Shown here piece by piece: positions 52,011 to 64,000 of a stretch of DNA of 64,000 nucleotides; the first letter of the stretch is position 1, and the number at the start of each line of letters is the position of its first letter. Location of the stretch: NCBI GenBank assembly GCA_964016885.1, contig OZ024756.1, positions 34,658,001 through 34,722,000 on the forward strand, read 5' to 3'. The notes beneath the pieces are model-generated. The model was not told where the DNA came from. It saw nothing but the letters and a program-made list of their open reading frames with translations, and ran no database searches. This stretch comes from Eledone cirrhosa (Eukaryota). The translations under genes were made by a program, and so were the position numbers.

Positions 52011-53149
52011 TTATTTCATGTCTGCTTTCTATGCTAGCATGAGTTGAACAGGTTGTCACAGTTCAAGTCAGTATCTTATTCAGATTTACTGCCTCAATGA
52101 TGGCTCAAAGGATGATATCTTGCTTATATTTACCAATATTAGGCATGTGTTTATGGGCACCAACACTAAAGAGGCAGTCTTGTCCTTGGTGTGACTAAAG
52201 AGTCCATTCTAACCTGCATTGTCACTGTTCATTTGTCAACCACTTTACAGAGTGTTCAAACAGCATCAAATGTGTTAAGGGTATTCTCCCTGCTATAGCA
52301 GGGCTTAGTCTTCAGGGCACCATGATGTGGGGTTCTTTTTGAGGTAATGTTTTACAAACAGATACCCTTCCTAGGGCCAACCCTATTAGTTGCTTCTTAT
52401 GACTTCTCAAGAATATTTTGCTAAGTCTGCTGGATGTATTTTATTACAAGAGATGGCCTTGCCCCTATAAACTTACTTACCATTCATTATACAGTGGTTT
52501 CCTTGCTTCTATAGACATCATATCATTTATTACAGAAACATTGCCTTGCTCCTATATACATATATACAATTTATTGTATATATGTATATAAGCAGGGAAA
52601 AACGGACGTAAAATGAGGATGATGCTGGAAAGTTACCTTGCTCCTATATATACATATATATATACATTTATATATCTGAGACACTCGTCCTCTCAAGGAA
52701 TCCTGCGCTGTGTACTCTACATGTGAATGGAGTTCCACTGAAGCAGATAGAGAAGTTCAAGTATTATTACAGAAAGGTGGCCCTGATCCTATATACATAT
52801 ATACTATTTATTATAGAGAGGTGACCTTGCCCCTATATACATATATACTATTCATTTTGAAAATCTAGTTTCTTCACATCTTTTAAAATACTTATTTATT
52901 CTATGTCTGTTGTTGTAGACCGAAAGATTGCACTACCTCGAAGACTGCACTGAGTGGCAACAGTGCAGTGACAAAGACACAATTATCAGACACTGTATGT
53001 CCAGGAAAATCCCGTTCCAAATGTAAATATCGACAAACATCTATTGAAACGTAAGACTTATTTTTCTCTTGGATTAAAAATATATATATTGATATTTCCT
53101 TGTTCATTTTCAAATTTATTCTTTTTCTTTTCCACACACTCTCACATAC

Positions 53150-53189
<40 letters not shown>

Positions 53190-56100
53190 AGATATTTATC
53201 AAGGCACTTGAATGATTTAAATACACATATATATATATGCTAGGTTTATAAAATAACCACATGTTTCAAAGCTGCTCAAGACCAGTCTTTCACCAGGCCT
53301 TAGGCATAGGCATGGCTGTATGGTTAAGAGGTTTGTTTCACAACTACCTAGTCTTAGATTCTATTCCACTGCATGGCAGCTAAAACAAGTACCTCCAGCT
53401 ATAGCCTTGGATCAAGCAAAGCTTTGATGTTACATGTGTATGTGTGTTAGTCAGCATAAAAGCTGCATCAAAGCCACATATAAAACATGCAGTGACGGTT
53501 TATAAGCAGTATGTTCTGTAGTGGTTTGACAAATACAAGCTTAAAATAAAGTATGAGCTGGTGTCAGGAAGGGCTTCTGGTTGTAGAAAACCTGCAAGAA
53601 AAAGATCTCTTCTCGCCCATGCAAGGATATTCTACTAAAACTCTTTTTATAATATTTTTACCAATTTCACACTTACTATTTGTACTATTTATTCAACCCA
53701 ACAAGGAAATCTCTATTTCGTACACCAGCCATCGAAGCAGCCATTATATGTGAGTGTCCTTCCTTAACAGTAGATATAATAATTCCTTGAATTTTTACCA
53801 CTCTGTTCTTTGGCTGCTATGATTTGTTTTAGCATGGTTAAGGCCATGCTGGAGCATCACCTTCACAGAGATATAAAATAAGATTCTGATTCTCTGACAA
53901 ACACAATTTATTTTTCTGTTGAACTTCATTCAGCTCTGATTTGTTTAATTTCATTTTATTTCAGTTTTCCAGACGAAATTTTATTTAAGATCTTCAAATA
54001 TTTACCAATACTTGACTTATTGACTTGCTCACTCGTTAATAAGCATTGGTGTATAATTGCCACTGATAAGTAAGTCAAAAACGTTCATTAAACCTTGAGA
54101 TTTATACAACTGAATATACTCCGTGTGTGTGAGTCAGACCTGCCAACCTCTAAAAACCTAAATGGGGAGTACCATAAAAAAAGGGCTTAAAAACAGGGAG
54201 AAATGAGGCAAAACGGGGAGATTTTACATAATGAAAGCTATACCTATTTTCACAACCGAAGACATCTCTCACTCACCCCAAAGTGTGTGGGAGATCTCCC
54301 CGTCAGACAGGAAGAGTTGACAGGTCTGTTGTGTTTGTGTGATCATCACTGTTTAACATCTATTTTCCATGTTTGCATAGGTTAGACTGGTTGTCATGTT
54401 AAGAAGCTAGACAGGTCAGGTGACTGTGTCTTGGTCATGTACTATGTTTTGGGCTTGGTTTTCTATGTCTAGATGCCCTTCTTAACTCCAACCACTTTAC
54501 AGTGTGGACTGGGAGCTTTTTTTTGTGATACCAGCACTACCACCTTACAAGGTGGACAGGGTGCTTTTTGTCATGGCACCAGCATGACTACCCTATAGAG
54601 TAGACTGTGTGTATGTTAATTGATAGATAGATAGAAGAGCAATATGTATATATACATATTGCTCTTCCATCATCATTCTATATAAGAAAAGGGGGATATA
54701 TAAATGCTATAATCCCCCTTTTCTTATATAGAATGATGATGGAAGTTTTTAATTGAAATATGTACATTTTAAAACAAATGGGTTTTTAATCATAGAATCA
54801 AGGGTTGTTTCAGTTAGTTTAGTATCAGAAAGTTTAAACAGATTTACTCTGTATTTCCAGTTTAGAATAGGTACACTGTATCCCTGTGTGTTGTAAGAAG
54901 TGACTAAAAGGGTTAGTGTTAGGATGGGCATCTGGCTGTAAACCATTGCCTCAAAAAGTCCTGTTCAACCCATACCAGCATGGAAAAGGTGACATAAAAA
55001 CAATGATGTAGTTAAAACATTTATAAACTAACGATGTTTCTTTGTTTTCATTAATTAGTCTGATATGGCAAGATATTTATCATAAATACGTTGGATTGTT
55101 GGATAAAAAGGAAACTCATGTATGCCAGGAACAAGGTTACTGGAAAAAACTATGCATTAGCAAGTGAGTATAATTTTATTGTTGGTATTTATTGATGGTA
55201 TATTTCTGTGTGTTGGTTGGCAGTCGGGGAAAATTAATCCTTTATTTAAACCGGCCATATCCGGCCATAATTCTCTCACCTCTTTCTGTTCAAATTGAAA
55301 AATTTACAAACTTTTCCAAGCATTGAATATATATACGGTGAGATAAACAAAATGAATGCCTTTTTTTCTCTCTCTTTTATTATCAGAACTGTAGATCTTC
55401 GAAATCACAAAGTTCTCTCTCTCTTAAGAAAAGTTCATTTATACACAGGTTTGGTGAAAAATACAGAGGCAGCCATCAGGTGTGTTCATTTCCATTGTTA
55501 CTCTATTCTTTTTAAAATATAATTTGTAGAAAACAGGTAAAGACATTAGTTTGGTTTTTAAATTAAAATTCAGTCATACCTGTTACCATATTTCTAAAGA
55601 AAGACACTGCCTATTTTGAAAATAATCAAGAATTTGAAAGGATTTAGTAATATAACTAATTTTTTCATTATCAAGCTGGTATTTGGAAAATAACTTATAA
55701 TGAAGGTTCTTTCATAAAATTATAATGAAAGACACTGCCTATGATTTTCAAATATTTTTTTAGAATAATCTAGTATTTGGAGTAATTAACTAACTTCCTT
55801 ATTAAGTTTTGTTCAAATGATCAGTCTAACTGGTGCTTTTAAATCTAAATTACAATAAGTTCTCTTTGATTTACGATAGGACCTATTTGTATTGCTATTT
55901 CAACAAGATCTATATGTATCATAATAAGCTTTATTACAATAAGATGGATATGTATTACAATAGGCTCTATTACCTCAAATACTTTTTATATTATAATAAG
56001 TTCTGTATGTGTATGATGTTAAAAAATAATGAAATTTCTTGTGTTTGTTCTTCAGAAAAGCTGGAATTACGTGGAGGTTATGTCTTGGTAGTGCTGAGTC

Positions 56101-59100
56101 CAATTCTGGCAAATGGAAGCACTGTGTGAAGAGTCAATACTGCCATGAATTACAATGTCAAGAAATGTTCTTCCACTCAATGTCTGTGGTAGTCTGCTTC
56201 TCTTGTTACAACGTTCCACCCCTCAATTTCATCAACAAGCTCCACGTGTTCTCCATTAACCCTATCTTCTTTCACAAAGACGGCCGACCTTTGTTAGATG
56301 GGTAAGTAGTTTGAATCACCACCATCACCATTTGTGGTGGATTGGCAGTATCAGTAGAGGGTCAGATGCCATGCTTTGCAGCATAGAGTTACAACCCTTA
56401 ATGGTCTGAGTTCAAATCCCACCAAGGTTAACTTTGCCTTTCATCCTTACGGGGTTGATAAAATAAAGCACCAATAATACACTGGGGTAACTGCTGGCCT
56501 TGTACTTAAAGTAGAAACAATTATTTAATGTCTGCTTTCTTTCCATGCTGGAAAGGGATGAACATTTTGTCATGGTTTGAGATTCGACATGTGGTGTTTG
56601 GGCTGCTTTGTATCGTAGCACCAACTCTAACATTTCAAAGAGTGGACTGGATGCATTTCATCATGATACTGGCATTACCATCTTATAGCATACACTTTGT
56701 GCATTTTATTATGGCAACAGCACTACCACTTTGTAAAGTGTACTGGGTGCATTTTATCATGACATTAGCACTACTACTGTACAGTACAATACACTGTTGT
56801 TGTTGTTGCTGTGGTTGTCATTTACCCCTCAGGACAGTTTTCATTCAGGAGACTCTAAACCTGATATATATAGACACTGTTATTGTTTTAAATAATGAAC
56901 TAAAACTTTGCTGTTTGTATTCTTCTGTTTGGCAGACCTCATCAGAAATCTCTGTTGTTGGAATCACCACATAGTTTTGATTGGTCAAACCAAATGTTTG
57001 TAGATAACACTATTGGAAGTGACAACATAGTCACCTTACATCTCACCCCACTACGAGGTCTTCTCTTTGCTACGTGGAAAGTAAGTAGTCCTTTACATTT
57101 CACATCTCACCTCCTCTTCACAGAAAGTAAGTAGTCCCTTACATTACACATCTCACCTCCTCTTCATAGAAAGTAAGCAGTCCCTTACATTTCATCTCAC
57201 CTCCCTTCACAGAAAGTAAGCAGTCCCTTACATTTCACATCTCACCTCCTCTTCACAGAAAGTAAGTAGTCCCTTACATTACACATCTCACCTCCTCTTC
57301 ATAGAAAGTAAGCAGTCCCTTACATTTCATCTCACCTCCTCTTCACAGAAAGTAAGCAGTCCCTTACATTTCACATCTCACCTCCTCTTCATAGAAAGTA
57401 AGCAGTCCCTTACATTTCACATCTCACCCCACTATGTGGGAAGTAAATAGTAATCTCATATCTCTGTATGCTATGTGGAAAGTAAGTAGTGACCTTACAT
57501 TTTATACCTATGTTTCTCACCTGTAGAAGATATTGATATTGTTATCTACCTATACAACCTTTAGTCACCTGTGTTTCTCACCTGTAGATATTGTTATCTA
57601 CCTGTAGAACCTTTGTTTTTAATTATTTCACAGGAGGGTGGAGAGTTGTCTTTCATTGTTGCTTGCTTCCACTTCCATAAACTCGTTCAAAGATGTCTTC
57701 TTGGCACCAGTTCACGGTAAGTCAACTTCTCCCTCTTCTTACTCACCCAAGTTTTCCTGTAGAGCCAGGGGCCAATGAAAGGGGTGGAGAGGGGGTTCAG
57801 TCACTACATACATTGGTCAGGAGCTCTAAAAGGTTTGTTAATATAAGTACGAACACTTTTGTATAGTTTGGTATGAAAAGGGTTAATTTTCCTGTATTTC
57901 TTCTATTTCCAGACCCTACATTCCATCATTTCCCAATGTGCTAGAAGATGACATAGACCCAACATTTGGTAAGTACTATAGCATTCTAACATTAATAGGT
58001 ATCAAGGCTGATGGATTGGCAGTATCGGTAGTGTTGCAGATGCTTTATGGCGTAGGGTTACAACCCTTTACAATCTGAGTTCAAATCCTTTGGTTAGCTT
58101 GGCCTTTCATCCTTACGGGGTCGAGAAATTAAAGTACCAGTAATGCACTGGAGTCGATTTAATTGACTTTCCTCTTCCCCAAAATTGTTGGCCTTGTGCC
58201 TAAAATCAGAAACTAATATTTATCACCATTAATAGCAGAAATCTTTAAGGTTTGCACACAATCGTAAAGACATGATTTCGATTCTTGGTGACACATTGTG
58301 TCCTTAAGCATGACTACTTATTTGACATTACTCCAGTCCACTCAGCTGGAAAAATGTATATTGTACGTGTAATTCAAATGACCAGCCGTGTTACATATTG
58401 TGTTATACTTAATCTCTTTGAGAACTACATTAAGAATACACATGTCTGTGGAATGCTTAGGCACTTGCAAGTTAATTTCACAAGTAGGCTATACTGTTGT
58501 TTTATTTACTTTCTACATAGAGAAGAATGTTTACAATCAGTACATTATCAGTACATTATACCAACACTGAGTTACTAGGGATGCATGACATTCAGGAAAT
58601 TCATGTTTTGGCATAACAACAATTTATACCCTTCTCCCACCAGTATTACTGGAATTGAGTGTTCATATACTATATATGTAGTGCCATCATCATTTAATGT
58701 CTTGTGACTGTTTTCAATGAAATATAAATAAGATCTGTGTTTTTTAATTCCTGTCTGTGTGGTGTTGTGCTTGTGTACCTACAGCTATGTGTGTTGTGCT
58801 GTGTTGTGTTTGTGTACCTACAGCTATGTGTGTTGTGTTGTGTTAGTGTACCTACAGGTATGTATTGTGTTGTATTGGTCTACCTACAGCTATGTATGTT
58901 ATGTTATGTTGTGTTTGTGTACCTATAGCTATCTGTGTTATGTTGTGCCTACAGCTATCTGTGTTGTGTTGATATGTCTGAGTACATCAGTAATATCTCT
59001 TCTCCTTTATATATCTGTTGGCAGGTCTCCATCACTATCAGCTGACATTAGAGCTCTCTGGCATACAAACATCATACTATCTACAACATTTCAACGGCTT

Positions 59101-62100
59101 ACAGTGTCAGCTTGGCAACATTAGTAAGATACATCTCCTCTCTTGATGTGGTCATAATGTCCTGATATATATAGGTGTGTGTGTGTGTGTGTGGGGGAAA
59201 AAAAATGCACATACACACACATTATATATATATATATATATATATAATGTATGTGTGTGTATATATATATGTATATATATATATATGCATGTATATATCT
59301 ATGTGTGTGTGTGTGTGAATATAAGTATATATATATATATATATATAAAATTGGAGGCTTTATACAGTTGATTTAGGTTTATTTATATCTCCATGAAACA
59401 TATTTCGCCAAGGACTATGGCTTGTTCCATTTATACATGTCATTGATCGTTCATTTCATCTGCATCACAGCCAACCAACTGAAATGTGGTCTGCACATTC
59501 CTGGTTGGTTAACTCCATAGTATAATCATATATATTTATATACATATTAGTGATCTCAGTTGCTTAACACAATTAAAACTGGGATAAGCTCTGTCCTGAT
59601 GAGCCTTTGGGCTTAGAACTGACTAACTTTTGAATATATACTATGTTAGAGGTTATTGAAAATAATATTTTCAAAATTAAGAAAAGAATTTTTCACTTCT
59701 ATTAATAAAGCTGTCATTATTTTTGATTGCATGAAACTAGTGCCTCAGCATGGCTGCTGTCTAATGACTGAAGCCAGTAAAAGGATGAAAGATCATTTAT
59801 ATATATATATATAAAGTAAGACCTCCTTCGGTTAAGAATGACCATGGATTTTGCACCTAGACAGTTCTCCTCTGAGGTGCAAGCCCAGGCAAGGTGTGTT
59901 TGTGGAAGACCAGAAGTCACCTATGCATACCGGTCTCCCCTTTCCATGCTACTGATGTTGTCCAAAGTAATGGCAAAGGCAGATACAGTTTGGCATCAGT
60001 GACATCGCAATTCATTTCTGCTGCTGAGTGAACTGGAGCAATGGGAAATAAAGTGTCTTGCTCAAGGACACAACTCTCTCTCTCTTTATACACACGCACA
60101 CACATATATATATATCTCAAGGATATTTCTTTTTCTGCCTTCCAGGTGATGGTCATGCTCATTTCACTGTAATTAAACCAGACAATCGGTATGACTACAC
60201 ACCATTATCATCAAAGCTCAATTTAAATTGGAAAACAGACTCTCTTAAAGGGCTTGTGCAGGTATGGATTATTTCAGTTCATTATTTTCATCCCGCCGAG
60301 GTTGACTTTGCCTTTCATCCTTACGGGGGTCGATAAAATAAAGTACCAGTAATGCACTGGGTAATTGCTGGCCTTGTGCCTAAAGTAGAAACATTATTTT
60401 CACATGTAATTTTTATTATATGTTGATATTCAACATATCTTTCTTTTTATGTCAGTTTTATTTGAGATTATTTAATATGGATTGGCAGAATCTTTAGTGT
60501 CAGAACTAATACTTTGCAGTAATTCTTCTGGCTCTTTTTACGTTCTGAGTTTGATTCCTGACTAAAGTTAACTTTACCTTTCATCCTTCCAACTGGGTTG
60601 ATGAAATAAAGTAGCAGTCAGATTTAATCAACTTTCCCTTCCATCAAACTGTTGGCCCTGTGCCTGAATTGTGTGTGTACAAACTTGTCTTGTACAAAGC
60701 CTTTCTTTATTTCCTTCTCCCTGTCACTTCTATTCACCAACACACTTCCCCTTGTCCTCTTCCTCTTTCAATCTTTTGTATATATCATCTGCCTGTCACC
60801 CACATTGAGGATTGTCTCTCTGTTGACCACTGGCTGCTGGTCTCTGTCATCTGAGGCGTTTTTGACAGCATTTAGCTGTTTTAACAGCTGTTCTAGTGAT
60901 GTGTTTTCTCATTTTTATAGGTATTAGAAACCTTTTGTTTGTTATTTCTTATGTTGTATTTCATCCTGAGCCATTAAGGCATTGGAAGAAATTATTTGTT
61001 GTATTTGTTCTGACTCTGTGTTCTTCAGCTGATATCTGGCCAAGATCAACTTTGACTTTTATGCTTTCGGGGTTGATAAAATAAATTACCTGTCTAGAAA
61101 GCCGTCAGATGGTCTGTACCTGTAATTTAGGGGGCGAACCTTGTCATACACAGTATCACGCTGAATCTGTCTGAGAACTATATTAAGGGTACACACGTCT
61201 GTGGAATGCTCAGCCATTTGCATGTTAAATTCACGTGCAAGCTATTCCATTGTTCGAATATCTGGGACACCTAGTCGAAATCGACGAAGGGTCCTACATG
61301 TAGGAGGTTGTGTATAGTAAATACAAATTTAACAGATAACCAAAAGAAGAATCGGGATACGTAACCTGAAAGGGAGACAACTCCTGCATAACTGTAAGAC
61401 AATGGAAGTGTTTATAACAGACCTACTAGAAACAGCAGCCCAATCTCTCTAACGCACATCTGTCTATCATTTATTAGAAAGGACTCCTTGGATAGAGTAG
61501 TCCTAAATATACTAAGTTGGAAATGAATTATACAATGTTTGAATGTCTTTCTTTGTAAAGTAGGTATTATTATTATTTTGTAGAATGTATGTTTGTTACA
61601 TATAACAGTGTTAGAAGAAAGAGAAGAAATATTTTGGAGTGTTAGGTAAGTATATTTTATATATATATTTATATATTCAGTTCGAGGATAAGAAAATTAA
61701 CTGTAATAGTTTAACATGAAAACAGAAAAATATTATAGTGTTTCTTTTTAGAAGAAACTTTCTGGTTTGATTTTAAATTTGAAAATGAAATACATACTTA
61801 AATGGAAATGTGAAACCCTTTCTTAAATGGAAAATAGTAAAAGTAAATGATTAGAAAGTTAGTTATATTACTAAATCTCTCAAAATTCTTGATTATTTTC
61901 AAAATTATTCAAAAATCTTAGGCAATGTTATTTCATTAGAAATATGGTAATGAAAATGTTAGCCATATAATGACTGTTCTATTGCATTTATTGTAGCTCT
62001 CCTGTGAGATATCAAGAAAAGAAAAACCAGGATGGTGAGTATTTTAACCCTTTTAAAACCAAACCATTTGATACCATCTGTAGTTCTATGTTTATTTTAA

Positions 62101-63611
62101 ACTGTTTATAAATATCTACATAAAAACTCCCATTGTAATTTTATGTAAGGACCTTTAAGTTATGCTCTAAACACCAGTTTAATAATAAGAAAATTAGTTA
62201 TATTACATTGTAGTGCACCTGAGCACTGTACACAATAATTTTCATTATTATCATTATTATTTAAAACTTTGCCTTTCATCCTTACGGGGTCGATAAAATA
62301 AAGTACCAGTATTGCACTGGGTAATTGCTGGCCTTGTGCCAAAAGTAGAAACAATTATTTTAAAATCCCTCCAGATTCTTGATTATTTTCAAAATTATTT
62401 CAAAATCATAGACAGTATCCTTCATTAGAAATATTGCAATAAAAAATTTAAAGCATTTATATTTATCTAAAAACTTTCCATCATAATCTAAGAACATTTG
62501 TTGTGTTCCAGACACTAGTTTAGTAATGAAAACGTTAGTTATATTATTTATAAATCATAGACCGTCTCATTAGAAATATAGTAGCCAAGGAGATTAAAGG
62601 GTTTATATTGGTGTAGATTATTCTATTTAACATTGTTAGTTATGTTTATTTTGTGAAAATAGTAATGTTGTTGTTTTCAGCACCCTGTTTCGACTTGACA
62701 CCTGGTTGTACGAAGTACATTTCATATAAAGACGACCGAGGTCAGCTCTACATGGAGATGAACAAAGTAAATATTTCTCTTCTCATTTCACAAACTGCCT
62801 CACTATTTGCAACATGCCATATGTGTGTGTATGTGTCTATAGTGTGTGTGTCCCTGTCTTTTGTATTGTCCCCTATATGTAGATCCTTGTGGCCAATAAA
62901 GAAACAATTATTATTACCCTTTACGCTCTGAGTTCAAATCCCGCCAAAGTTAACTTTGCCTTTCATCCTTACAGGGTCGATAAAATAAAGTACCAGTAAT
63001 GTACTGAGATAATTGCTGGCTTTGTGCCAAAAATAGAAACAATTATTATTATCTGAATTGGCACTACCGATAGAGCGTTGGATGACATGCTTAGCGACAT
63101 ATAGATATGGTCCTTTACGTTCGGAGTTCAAATCATGCCAAGGTTAGCTTTGCCTTTCATCCTTACAGAGTCAATAAAATAAAGCACTAGTAATGTACTG
63201 AAGTCGATTTAATTGATTTTCCCCTCTCCCCAAATTGCTGGCCTTAATCAGAAACCATTATTATCATCATTAAATGAGCAAGTGTGTTTAGAATATGACA
63301 GCAATTGAATTTGAAGTTTTTCGCCTTTTTTTGGTTATGGAGGCTTATATGCCCCCGATAGACTATTTTCTGTAGTCAAAAAACAGCAAAAGCTTCTAAT
63401 TCAATTTTTAAATAATTATTATTATTTTTTCTTCTTTTTTTTATCATCAAATGTTCCTTTATGAACGGTATTTGCTGTTTATCTTTAGCAATGGTTTCTT
63501 CTCTTTTTCTTCTCCTTCCAGTGTGAAGATGGCAGAATCTGTGTGACTAATCTACAGCTGTCTCTCTCGTTAGTCGCAGTCAACCAGTGGTTTGGTACCA
63601 GTTATACCTGA
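49319..63611 (+). CDS. FBXO15: F-box only protein 15-like, 15 coding exons, 526 aa
   Basis: Exons 49319-49443, 52919-53050, 53965-54069, 55059-55163, 55387-55479, 56056-56301, 56936-57080, 57634-57716, 57913-57968, 59025-59123, 60146-60261, 61584-61645, 61997-62034, 62681-62766, 63522-63611. Total 1581 nt, phase-consistent to TGA. F-box: FPDEILFKIFKYLPILDLLTCSLVNKHWCIIATDNLIWQ. FBXO15-type C-terminus: DDIDPTFGLHHYQL, LNWKTD, VNQWFGTSY. The start codon and N-terminus are less certain. Confidence 0.88.
51550..51840 (-). mobile_element. Second SINE-like family
   Basis: The block gagcattccacagacacgtg..gttctcagggatattc..ggctggccttttgaatt recurs near 18470-18630, 47915-48150, 58270-58490 and 61090-61290. 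A tRNA-like head (GGTTAGGATGTTCAGCTCACGATTG..GGTCATAGATTTGATT) lies on the minus strand. Confidence 0.65.
51856..51963. mobile_element. Tc1/mariner-like MITE
   Basis: TA|CAGGGTGTCCC..AAAAATGTATACACACTT ... AAGTGTCTATACATTTTTGAGGGACATCCTA|TA. A partial second copy lies at about 40672-40751. Confidence 0.7.
54135..54328. mobile_element. hAT-like MITE
   Basis: TIRs CAGACCTGCCAAC / GTTGACAGGTCTG; no clear target-site duplication. Confidence 0.6.
56336..56524 (+). mobile_element. Full-length copy of the same SINE
   Basis: GGTGGATTGGCAGTATCAGTAG...GAGTTCAAATCCCACC...GCCTTTCATCCTTACGGGGTTGATAAA...GTAGAAACAATTA. Confidence 0.82.
57077..57500 (+). repeat. 43-46-bp minisatellite built from the FBXO15 exon 7 splice donor
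   Basis: Unit GAAAGTAAG(T/C)AGTCCCTTACATTTCACATCTCACCTCCTCTTCA(C/T)A, seven copies plus degenerate end copies. Confidence 0.92.
58755..58970. repeat. About 35-40-bp tandem repeat
   Basis: GTGTACCTACAGCTATGTGTGTTGTG repeated about six times. Confidence 0.8.
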
Positions 63612-64000
63612 CACCACCTCCATCACTGCCACCCCATCATCGCCAACACCACCTCCTCCATCATCTCACCATCACAACCAACACTACTACCAACACTACT
63701 TCTACTGGCTTTTACTGCTGGATCAGATTCTAATCTAAATACTTGAACTATACACACACAGAAATATGTATACAGACACATATATACACACTCATATATA
63801 TACATACATGGACATCCACATACACACAAACATATGCAGACAAACACATGCACATACACACTAACACATGCATACACACACAGTTGTTCATATGTTCATA
63901 CACACAAGTTCACAGGCATTTTTGGTGATGGGTGTGTCTGACACAGACACAGTCCTCTTAAAAGCTGTACCTTGGTACCTCAGTACCTTACTACTTTAAT

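Noticed and set aside
59390-59432. GCC..GGC GAAAT ATGT TTC hammerhead-like half on the minus strand
   Set aside because: No CTGANGA box and no stem I partner; too degenerate to support.
63609-63746. Stop-codon readthrough of FBXO15 (TGA-C followed by an open low-complexity stretch)
   Set aside because: The context is not the TGA-CTAG motif, and the downstream frame is open only because of CCA/CAC-rich sequence.

Overview
AT-rich, microsatellite- and SINE-dense eukaryotic genomic DNA. The repeat families suggest a mollusc, probably a cephalopod such as Octopus; this is inference and not proven. Manual splicing reconstructs four complete multi-exon genes in two head-to-head pairs: DGAT1 (-, 16 exons, 508 aa) with TBC1D20 (+, 9 exons, 386 aa), and HSBP1 (-, 3 exons, 89 aa) with FBXO15 (+, 15 coding exons, 526 aa). 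HSBP1 intron 2 is a textbook U12-type AT-AC minor intron. Non-coding DNA holds a CR1-type LINE 3' fragment, many tRNA-derived SINEs, MITEs with Tc1/mariner-, pogo-, hAT- and piggyBac-like ends, and several minisatellites. The most unusual signal is a set of short elements next to (TA)n tracts: one type I hammerhead-ribozyme motif with an intact core (42612-42686), several degenerate relatives, and at least six long fold-back hairpins. Minisatellites that have amplified real splice donors also stand out. Nearly all ORFs in the supplied track are spurious or are single exons read into introns.
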